Source: Sphagnum compactum
Taxonomy: Eukaryota
DNA length: 64,000 nucleotides
Direction of reading: 5' to 3'
Assembly (NCBI GenBank): GCA_965153455.1
Contig: OZ234494.1
Location: forward strand, 1,736,001 to 1,800,000
Shown here: positions 53,303-64,000 of the stretch, piece after piece
How the letters are laid out: the number at the start of each line of letters is the position of its first letter
Position numbering within the stretch: the stretch's first letter is position 1
Made by a program: the position numbers and the translations under genes
The notes under the pieces: model-generated
Seen by the model: only the letters and a program-made list of their open reading frames with translations
Database searches by the model: none
What the model was told of the DNA's origin: nothing

Positions 53303-56300
53303 TACAGTGAGGAGTTATTATGGGGGACCAATGGTGCACTGGGGCACTCCACTCATACAAACGAACGAGTTACTTTTGTGTGTGTGTGTGTGTGTGTGTG
53401 TCCACCCGCATAAACCCTAAACCTTAAACCCTAATTTTAGAATGAGGGTTTTGGGTTGGGTTGGGTTGGGGCGGGGGACACTATTCAAGAGCTTGAATAT
53501 ATAAAACTGACTGAACTAAGCTTGTCCAAAATTAGGGGTCGGTGCCCTCAATTATTTGTCTGGACATTGAGGGTGTGTCTTAGTTGGGAGAGGAGGTGCC
53601 TGATTGATTAGCACATATAGCCAATTTAGGTTATTAAATGGGTGTCAGGTGGGACCCTTTTGCACACATATTTATGGAGACCCTCCCATTTACCTGTCCA
53701 GGTAATTTTGTTGGCTCTGACCAGAGGAAAGGCACTTTACATTAGTGAAGGATTTTGGTGTAAATTTTTTTTGGCTTGACGTTCCAGTGTTTTTCTTAGG
53801 AATTTTTGTTTGTAGCCAAAGTGTTAATCATCCATAGGAACACGTAAAAATAAGTGGCAATCATCCCTAGAAATATTTAGCCAAATCTGGCTATAAACGC
53901 TTGTAAATGGGATAAGACGTTGCATAATTAAGGGGGGGGGTTTTAATCCTTACTTCCCCCACTGTCTTATTTGGAATGCAGAATTGGCAGAAAGTGTTGT
54001 GTTTTTCTGCTTTTAATAGTCAGAGGGTTCACCCCATGAGGCGACACAAAATCTGACTGTCAAAAGTATTATTACATTCCCCTATGTTCGGGTTTAGGTT
54101 TAGAGAGAGGCAGAGTGAGAGTGTTGTAACAATTTTAGCCCAAAATCAAAAGTATTATATTCCTCTATGTTTGGGTTTAGGTTGAGAGAGAGAGAGTGTG
54201 TGTGTGTGTTGTAACAATTTTAGTCCAAAGTCTCAAAGGATCCAAAGAGAGTTGTACTTTGTGACAATTTTTTATTCCAAAGTCCCAAAGGATCGAAAGT
54301 GGGATGGATTGAGAAGCAACAAAAGCAAGAGGATCGAAAGTGAGATGGATTGAGAAGCAGGAAAAGCAGCAAAGTATTAAGGTACTAAGCGAGAACAAAT
54401 TTCACGAGGTTTAGGGTTTAAGGTTTTGGTAAATTTTTGCACCTGATTTATGGAGTTATCCATAAAGTCACCCTCTCTTTGAGCCCTAATTTGACCCTCT
54501 GATCCCTGTTTCGTCCCCAATTTAGTTGTATCCATAACACAAGCAAAATTGGGCACTCTTTCATGAAACTAGGTATTATTATTAGTTCAGAAGATTTGCA
54601 AGATCTTGTTCTGACAAGGTTTGATTCAATGAAGAGTATCAGCAGGCAGTAGTCAAGGTACAGGTAAGGCAAATCCAAAACTGGTGCTGAAACTCCCCCC
54701 AGGACCAACTCAGGTGAGAAAACTAGGTTGGTCTCTTCCCCTTTTTATTATGTATTGCTTCTATCCCGTCTTCTCATGTCGTCCCCAGTTCCGGCGAAAC
54801 TGGGGACCAGTACCCCTTCATCTATTGTGCTGTCATATGCAGTTCCAGATACCTTTTTGGCACCAATCCGAGAAGCATCTTACCTTAAGCGCTGATTAGA
54901 GATTAAGGTACCTCATGAGATTAAGGTACCCATCCCCACGGCCGGCGGGGTCAAGGACCAAGTGGAGTGTAGCGACAATTTATGGGAGGTTCAAAGATAC
55001 ACTTCTCTTACTTTCTATGGACCGCATCATCGAGCCCAGTAGGGCAGATACTGTTCCATCGGGTCCTAATGTGTTATACCAGGGCCTATTCCAGAGTGCA
55101 ACTGGTGTTCTCCACCATGGATTCACAACCAAAGTGGACCTAGCACCACAAGTGGAACTGGCAAAACCAAAAGTGGAACCAGCAGATGACCAACGGTCCC
55201 ACTAGGAAGAAGTCTCTATAAGTGCCTGGTTGAGACACCTAAACTGGTTTGGTTACATAAGAAATCATTAAACTTCACTGGTAACAACATGCAGGAAGGC
55301 CCTTGTTTATATAACACATGTGTAAGGTCACATGTGTAAGGTCTTCCACTTCTTGACAGGGATCTTCTGATATCTTGTAAGATACTATGAAAACTTATGC
55401 AACGTATTATCATCTTCGAAATACGACAAGGAAATTTCAATGAGTGTTTATGGTGCAAAAGATATTCAGATGGTCAGACAAAATCACATATTACGGACTA
55501 TGGAATGGTCAAGCACCTGCCCATGAGGCAATATAGCACCCAACATAGTTGGGCACGGATGGGGTCATTCCATAACATTGAGGTCTGGGTGGCAGATTCA
55601 ATATATTTTTACAAAAATCATGTGAAACAGACATTTTGGTCACTATTCTGTGAGTGTAGGATCATCACCAGGAGATTATGTCATATACTGTGGTCAGGAA
55701 AATGACATAATCTGCCACCCCAAACCTTAATGCACTAGAGATTGCACCACCCTAGGGATACATTCTGCCTCCTGTATGGAACTAGACTATTATAAAAATG
55801 AAATTGGGTACATCATCTTTCATGGCAGATTGCCTTTGGCGTTATGTTTCTCATCAGTGCTTCAGATGCTTTTGTATGTTGGAGGCAGCTTATGATGTGG
55901 TGATTTCCCAAGCATCTCCAAATGACCTATATACATTAAGGGGTCTTCCATTTCCTGCAATCAAGCAGGCCACAAAAGGAGTTGGTTAGTTGAGCATACA
56001 GGTATAACTTCATCAAGTACCATCTTATAGGTAGGTATCTGTTTTATCCATCAAATTCCAATACAAAAGTTGGGAAAGTCTCATGAAGAAATGCCAGGTG
56101 AAAAAACGTTTGTGATGATGGCCAGCACAGGGCACCACAAGATGTTTACATAACTGCCACCCAAAGCCCCCTTCATGACAACAGAACTCTCACATGAAAT
56201 CCTTTCTGCCAGTTTGTGAAGTACAGTAATCATTACCCCAATGTACATTCCAAACAAACTATCAATGCATGTAAGAATTGGAGAAATGCACAATATATAT

Positions 56301-57898
56301 GGGCATAAAAAAGCCTGGAAAATCCTTTTTACCTTGTTTGTGTTTGTGGGGCTGGAAGAGGCACAATCCACATGCTGTCCACATCTTGCAGTGCACTTCA
56401 GAGGGGTGGAGTCCTTAGATAGCTCCACAATCCACAAACATTAAGATCAATACTGCTGTCACCCACTTGCAACATGCATTCCAGTCGAATTGAGAATATG
56501 AATGAAGCATGGAATCAGTTGTTGGATGCAGTTTCAAAAGACCTTGCATCTCTCCATAATCGCAAAGTAAGCTGTAAGCAGTACACATTGCACCTTGTTA
56601 AGTACATATACAGATGTATATGCATATCTCCAAAATTGCAGAGAAATCTCCACAACAAAGGTAAACATGACAGTGGATGGAGTTATAACCTTTACTAGAG
56701 CTGCTCACAAAGTCTCAGACCATTCAACTTTATCACAAACAGCAGTAATGAGCTGCCATGACTACCCACTGACTTTATCAGCACCCAATGGACATGGATA
56801 AGTACATAATAATCAGCCCAAAACCTTCCCAATGATGGGCGTACATAAGTACATAGTAATCTGACCAACATCTGGGGCAAATATTGGACAAAAATATTCA
56901 TCCTAAGTTCCTGTTGCATTTCTGGAAGCAACATATATGTACAGATGTGAATCTCTCAATATGTACTGATAATTTCTCCATACATATAAGTGTGCTAACC
57001 TGAATAGATTTGAGAGATGACCCGATAATAAGGTTATGGATACTTCAGCAAGCATGAAAAACAGGAAACCTGACTATAATCAGAAGAGAAAAGAAAAGAA
57101 AAAAGTAAGGCACAGCTTGAACCACAGCAACAGTTGTATACATGTTCATGCACCTTCAACAGCAACATGTGGAATTTATCACCTACCATAACATCCCCTA
57201 TGACTTCATCAGCTTCTGGCAGTAGTGTGGAGGTTAATGTCAAACATTAACCAATGAATCAGTCTATTGAGATTCTGTCGTGAGTAACATGAAATCGTAA
57301 CTATCATACTAGCTAGCTCAACAAAGCCTAAAACCGAAGGAGACAATAAAAAAAACCCACAAAGAAAGAGGAACACGAATGAAAGAGAAAAAGAAGGAAA
57401 GGAAAAACAAAGAGTCAAGGAAAATCAGTAGCAAGAAAAGAGGAAGAAAATAGAGCAAAACAAAATGGAGATATTTAGAGGATGATACTTGATTCAGGAT
57501 CTGGCCCTTCTGATCATACTCAGTGGCTGTACCAGCTCCAGAGGCAGTCAATCTGGTTACTACAGCTGTGAAGTTTTTCCAGTGATTAAAACAATGCTGT
57601 AAAGATTTTTCAATCTTTACACACAAGAAAACCAAGTCAACTATGGCGAAGCAACAGTAACTTTTTTTTCAGATGAATGCCTTTCAAGTGCTTGAATCAA
57701 ATCCCATGTATTCACAGTATCCACCCCTGAAACAGAATAACCAGTCCAAGGTAAACATGAAAACTGACAGGAAATCTGACTCCTCATCTGTCACGTCTCT
57801 CACACATTTGACCAGAGGATGAATCATATTTCAGAATGCAGTTTATTTACAGTTGGTTGCGGGACAGTTTTGCCCCAGGGGTCAAAGACATCAGCACC

Positions 57899-60667
57899 CT
57901 ACAGCTGTTGATCAAGGAATGCATCATCCTCAGATTTTTTTGGCCCCCATGTCTTTACTCCCAGCATATCACTCACTCCTCCTGTCCACATTTTCCCAAA
58001 CCAGTTATTCAGCAGCGCTCCTCCTGCCCAAGTCGGAAGCCATCCTTCTGAGTTCTCAGTGTGTGCTGTATCACCACTGTCTGTCAATGTCTTCTCCTCA
58101 TCTGTTCTCAGACTTTCCTTCCAGCACTCCAACATGTATGCAATAACAGCCTCTTCTCCTTGCTGAACAACTTCCATGGGAGGAATTGTCAATGGATTCT
58201 CCTCAAGTTTCAACCTTCTCAAGTTTGTCAGCCTTCCGATGGAGATGGGAAGCTCATGGATCTGATTGAAACTGAGATCCAGATCCAAAAGAGAAACAAG
58301 GTCCCCAATGCTATCTGGGATGGTGGTCAAATCATTGAAGTTGCTGCTTACATCAAGCATCTCAAGGTTCAAGAGATTGCCTACGGCTGCTGGCAAGCTC
58401 CGGAGCTTGTTGAAGTGAATGTCCAGAACTTTTAAGGACCGAAGCTCACCAATTGATGAGGGCAACCCTGTAATCTTGTTCAGGTGCAGGTACAACTTCT
58501 GGAGATTGACCAGTTGAAATCCAAAGTCTGAGGGCCAAACCTCCAGCTGGTTAAAATTTGCTATCAGCTCCACCAAGTTGCTGCAAATACCCCAAACCTC
58601 ATAAGAACACTCTCCAGGGTAACAACTGCACCTCAGCAAAATGGATCAGCATTGCTTTTGTTGTTTTCTTCAAGGCAAAGTTGTTCACACAGCCACTGTG
58701 AATTACCCACTCCAGTATAAGTAGCAAAGTGAGGCCAAGCTACCACTAATCTTGGGCAGTATGACTTCATGATCATATCATGACCACTCTTCCATGAAAC
58801 ATCAACCAGAGAGGGTCTTTGGCTCAACACTTTCAAAATCACATGCAGCACCGTAGTCAATGATGAAGCTGCAAAATCTCAAAAGTCTGGACAAGCTATG
58901 GCTGAATTAACTAAATAGCAACCATATGCTAGGCCACAAAAATGTATTCAGGAGTTGATCTGGAGCAAACTTGGCTAAACAACTCAAAGCCAGCTCCATG
59001 CCTTGCCCTGGAGGAGTTAGTACCTGCAGCGTCCAAGACTCGCAGGCAAGGTCTTCAGCACATTTCCTGATATGTTGAGAGATTTGAGATTTGAAAGCAA
59101 CCCGATGGAGTCTGGTAATGCCTTAAGTTGGTTATGTTGTACATCAAGCGTCTCCAAGCTCACAAGACCAGCTATGGAGTCAGGAATAATCTGTCACAAG
59201 GTAGCAAAATGGAAAGGATGACTTTGTCAACTAGGCATAAAAATGAGGCGGAATCAAAGGTGACAGAACTCAACAACTGTAACTGAAAATCAATGCAGCT
59301 TCACTTATTACAATTCTACAACATGACCATGTAAGTACATATCATAATGCAGACCAAGCAAATCAACACTCTCTGCTTACTAGGTCCAGTTGAGCCTGAC
59401 CTCTAAACAATTGTTTGCCAGGTTCAAGTGGACAATTGATGAGATTTTCCCAAACAACTCTGGCAGGTGCACCAGATACCGTCCCTTGAGGTCAAGGCTG
59501 TCCAATTGCTGTTCTTGAGCTTCTTGCAATTTTGCTGAAACATCCAAGTCAACCTCATCTGTGGGTTCGACAGTAGCTGCTGATGATGAATCTGGCATGC
59601 CTTCAAGAGCCAATTCTGATTGCTTCACATCATCCTCATACAACTGATGGAGATCATCCAACTCAATCAAAGACAGGTAGGGCACCTTTGCATTCTCTGC
59701 TGCTTCCCTCAGCTCCTTCTCCTTTTCCCCCTGAATAGGTAGTATAACACGTGTAACAGCCACTCAGCCAACTACCACACTCTTGGGACTTGACAGGTAG
59801 ACTAAGATGAATGCAATCTACTGGAAAGTTGCACTCTTAATTCCAAACTGAACACCCTTATTGAGGCTTGTGAGTCACAAAGGGACAGTAGGAGAACAAC
59901 AACAACACAGCATCCCAACACAAGCAAATCTTTCGCAATCCCCCCAGCCCCCTTCATTCATTCATTCAGTTCCCAACATCATTAACATCCAGAGCCTCCT
60001 CCTATGCTTGTCAGTTGCAAGAGCATGAAGACGATCTTCATGAAGCAGCATCAGTTAGGGTTTGTAGTGCATCATCCATTTGTAATCCACAACATGATAT
60101 CACATGGCAATTAGGTTCATTTCCAAAAGACGAAGAAGGAGCAGTAGCAGCACAAATGCCACAGCATGTGGCGAGTTCAAAAAATTCAAACTGTGCTTCA
60201 AATCCACCTCTGCATCACCTTCTTCCATCCTTCGTTCCCCTTCCTTAATGGTTTGCAATTCTCTTAGCCTGCATCTTCTTTAGGGTTTTCTCGCTTGATT
60301 CCACTAGATTCGCAACATAGTAGAGAATTGGCCGTCAGAAAGGAAGAAAAGCACGAAAGAAAGAAACCCTAGAAAAATGAAAAACACCGCAACCAACCTG
60401 CTGCGTCGTCCGCAATTGCTGCTCAATTTGGCCGCCACCGCCGTTGCCAGCAACGGGCGCGAGGGCGACTTCAGCATCAGCAGTAGCAGCAGAAACTAGA
60501 TTCTCCAACTGTTCTTGCAGACACGCATCGATACGCAGCAACGCGTTTCGAGCTTCGTCCACCTGCACACCGGAGGGACGCGGCCCCAACTCCGCCAACT
60601 CCGCTCGCATGGCCGCCAATTTTTCCAACAGCGACACATTCTCTGCTGCGGCCTCGTCCTCCTCCAT
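57899..60667 (-). CDS. PIRL: Plant intracellular Ras-group-related LRR protein (~482 aa, 4 exons)
   Basis: Exons 60667-60398, 59730-59401, 59190-59024 and 58580-57899 join in frame. N-terminal LGPRP...VDEAR coiled-coil region, then LRRs ([79 protein letters not shown]), C-terminal FLDQQL. Confidence 0.93.
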
Positions 60668-60784
60668 CCTCTCGCCGGTCTTCTCCGTTGCCCCAATTCC
60701 TCGCAAATCACATAACAACACTTCCCTTCGACTTCTTCTTCTTCTTCTTCTTCTTCGTCATCGTAGTCGTCTTATCCTGCCGAG

Positions 60785-61330
60785 CGAGACAGAGAGACCG
60801 TGGATGATAACCGTTGAGCCGGGTATACGTATGTATATTTTTGTATCGAAGATGTGTACGATAATGTACATACGATGTGCACTCTGCATGTGTTCTCTGT
60901 TTGTGCACTACCTACATCACCTGGCTAGGTATGTACCCGGATCGGTAAATATCGGTTTTGGGGTGTCTCTTCTCCTCCCACACAGAGAGATAGTGTATGA
61001 TAACCGTTGAAACGGGTGCATGTATTTTGTATATATGTATTGAGTACGTGTAAAAATAATGTACGTACCATGTGTACTCCGCATGTATACTGCCCTATAT
61101 CATCATCCGAGTAGGTCTGTATCCCGATTGGAAATTAATATACCCGTTCAAGCGGATCTTCTTGTCTTCTCCTTCCGAGAAAGAGACTGTGGATGATAAC
61201 CGTTGGGGCAGGTTTCCATGTTTGTGTACATGTATTGAATATGTGTACTCCGTATGTGTACTACCCTATATCATCATCCGGGTAGGTATGTGTCCAGGTT
61301 GATATGTATATTACCCGTTTGAGTGGGTAC
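60785..61330. promoter_or_regulatory. Triplicated ~195-bp promoter unit upstream of PIRL, each copy with a MYB/MSA-type core
   Basis: atgaTAACCGTTG cores at 60808, 61001 and 61197; the reverse complement of the third, CCCAACGGTTA, fits YCYAACGGYYA. Confidence 0.65.
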
Positions 61331-62929
61331 ATGTCATATACATACATACATACATATATAGATAATGCCTACCAGTTGTTGTGTGATTATTTGAATCTTT
61401 TGACAGCCGAGGGGGCTCCTGCTTTTTAAATGTTTCAGAATCAGAGAACCACGGGTTTCAGGGTTTTTGAAAAATCAATCAGAATCAAAGAACCGTCGAT
61501 CCCAGTCATTCTCAAAAATCTTTAAAAGAACCTGTGGTTCTATGGCCGTTCATTTGATTTCTTCCCAAAGAATTTTGGGAACTATGATCACATACTAGAA
61601 TTCAGTCTTTGAATTGTTTTTTTGGGAGAGCCGTGGTTATGAATCTTAAGAACCACTTTGATAAGTGCCAAGCACTTGATTCTTTGTTTCTTACAATGAA
61701 TGCAGAGATCTTCTCAAATGCTTGAGGCCACTTCTTAGAATCAACCTTCTCCCTCGCAATACTTGGCTAAGATAATGGTAATGTAGTGGAATGCCATCCA
61801 AGGGGTTTGCAAGATTGTAGTACAAGGGGAGTGGGTGAACAAGGGTGAAGCGAAGTGGGTGCATGTTTTCAAAATTTGAGCTTGGCATTCCAAGTGGAGA
61901 AGAAAAGGGGGCACCGGGGTGAGGTGGCCTGGAATTAGTGATCTGTTTCAAAGCGTTCATATCGACAGTTGAAGCTGGAGTTACATCTAAGTGAACCTCC
62001 CTACTGGATTCCACCTGCTAATTAGATCTAACATCTTCAGTCTATCTTCTCTTTCCTAAAGCAGACCCCTTCCTCTTCCCTTTTTGCATTTGAATGCTTG
62101 CAGAAAACTATAGCATTTCTTGGAATCTCGGCTCATTTTTCTCACGTAATGAGAATTCTGAGGTTGGAACATTCTCCTTGGGGCAGTTAAGATACCACCC
62201 ATAGTCGATGAGGTGTGACAAGCTCCAGTCCTTCAGAAGATCCTTATGATACATGATGTTGTCTACTTTTGGATCCCACCAGATCCCAAAAGGGGGGAGG
62301 GGGGGGAGCTGGTCAATGGTTCCCATCAAAAGGATGTGATAGAAACATTTGCAAAAAACAACAAGATTTTAGTTCTAAAATGTTCTTCATGCTCTACTTT
62401 CGACACCAAGAGTAGGGGAATAGTCGCTGCAATAGAAGGAGGAAGGAAGTGCTAAACCTGTACAACACTCATTTGAGGGCCTCCTTCCTTCTTGTAAGTA
62501 GCTCTTAGGATTTACTTCTACGCACTATGTCCCTTGGCTTGAACTCATGGAAGAAATAGATCTCCCAAAGAGCTTGTTGTCAGTTGTAAATGTAAATGGA
62601 AAATCCAACACGGTCAAGCCTAGATTCGTGACTATAGAAGCATAATGCTTCAAAGCCTTGGACTCCAACTGCATCAAATAATTAAAGGATTAATAGCCAA
62701 CGAGAAAGATGAAAGAAAGCAAAGTAGAGGAAGAAATCATACCTTGTGTTAGAAAGTGGCCTTGTGGAGCCACTTGTTAAATTGCTGGTTCAAAAATCCT
62801 TGCTTTAGGAAATTCTTGGCCTCCTTGAGCACACTAGACTCATTCTAGGTCTTGAGCTAGGAGAGTTTTTGCCGTGGAGTCACACATGACTCTCGCTCTA
62901 AAAGTGAAAATGGTTACTATTACATATAG

Positions 62930-64000
62930 GATACTTGTTTTCCAAGGCAACATATTGGAAAGAAAATGTTTTTGTCCAAGATGTCTATGCATGGAGATGG
63001 TATTGGCTGTGATTTAGTTAAGCGGATGCAACCTGGGGGCAACCTCTAAACCACTTAGATCATGTTTGATCATCCAAAACGTGTTGAAGGTTGGATGACA
63101 TTCACTTGCCATGTGTATGATTTTTTCTATTGCAAGGTCATGATGATTGCAATATGTGATATGCAATTTGAAGACACAAAGGTTTAATGTGTATTGTGGT
63201 AGAATCTAAACAAGGTGATGGGCAATAATGGTGTTCCCAATCCAAACTTCAAAGGATTCATGGTCAACAATGCCTTATGGTAGCAGAAATGCAAGTGAGT
63301 TGATGGTTAATAGAGAACAAATTTGTTTTTTTCACTAAAATCAATCCATGGATAGACACACAAAACATCAGATCAAACCAGAGTTGTGAAAAAAAATAGA
63401 ACATTGTGCTATGAATACCAAAATGCCATTTTTTTGGAAGAGGTAGATGCTCGACATGCAGCAATTCAATGTTGGTGGTGTTTTTCGAAGGTAGCTAATG
63501 AAGTTAAACTTCAAGAGTTGGAAAATTTGTTTAGTTTTTGGCACTTTCGTGTGAGGCAATGGGGAAGATTTATGATACATGTACTATTTTCAACCCTCCC
63601 ACACATCTCTTCTTTCACCCCATATTCTTGACAATTTCACATCTATGGTAGCAAACTTTTTAAATATCACAACAAACATTTATTTTGTTTTGCAAAAATT
63701 CTCTTCAGAAGAGCTTGCAAACATGCCCAGATGCAACCTTTCAAAGACAATGCATACGACTTTAACAATCTAGGAAAAGGGGAACCTACTTATATGTTGC
63801 GACATCGGATGATTATGTTCAGGCTTTCAAACAATCGACATTATATTCTCATTTCAAGTGGGGTCTCACATTCAAGGAGTTGGGAGCGCGTCAGGCTTGA
63901 TAAGAATGAACTGCTTTTGCATAGAACAACCCAATCTGGAGATCCAAAACAACTTGCAAACATAGTTCTAAAATATTCCCTAGGTTCAGCTTGCACGTTA
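62930..64000 (+). mobile_element. Mutator-like (MULE) transposase remnant
   Basis: VFKMS-like start, FDHPKRVEGWMTFTCHVYDFFYCKVMMIAICDMQ, PNFKGFMV, LFSFWHFRVRQWGRFM; many stops. Confidence 0.7.

Noticed and set aside
60444-61010. 188-aa plus-strand ORF
   Set aside because: Antisense to PIRL exon 1 and its microsatellite-containing leader.

Overview
AT-rich, repeat-laden eukaryotic nuclear DNA from a land plant; intron style, gene families and repeat types suggest a bryophyte such as a moss (inference). Four spliced protein-coding genes were reconstructed by hand. (1) A strongly divergent AP2-domain gene (+, 18962-22163) hidden in micro-exons; it has euAP2-like exon phasing, one AP2 repeat, basic Cys/Lys repeats, a UIM-like motif and a C-terminal IPFKKR motif. 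(2) A DUF1005-family gene (-, 30975-32639). (3) An MFS molybdate-anion transporter of the MOT2/MFSD5 type (-, 45844-50873). (4) A PIRL-type intracellular LRR gene (-, 57899-60667). The intergenic space holds decayed Ty3/Gypsy, hAT, pogo-like and Mutator remnants, several MITE-like elements, and one young non-autonomous hAT with perfect TIRs and an 8-bp TSD. Most notable are the divergent AP2-UIM protein, triplicated MSA-type promoter modules in front of both the transporter and PIRL genes, an intact CpG-rich ORF among the Gypsy remnants, and a miRNA-like hairpin downstream of DUF1005. All coordinates and splice models were read by eye and need transcript or alignment confirmation.
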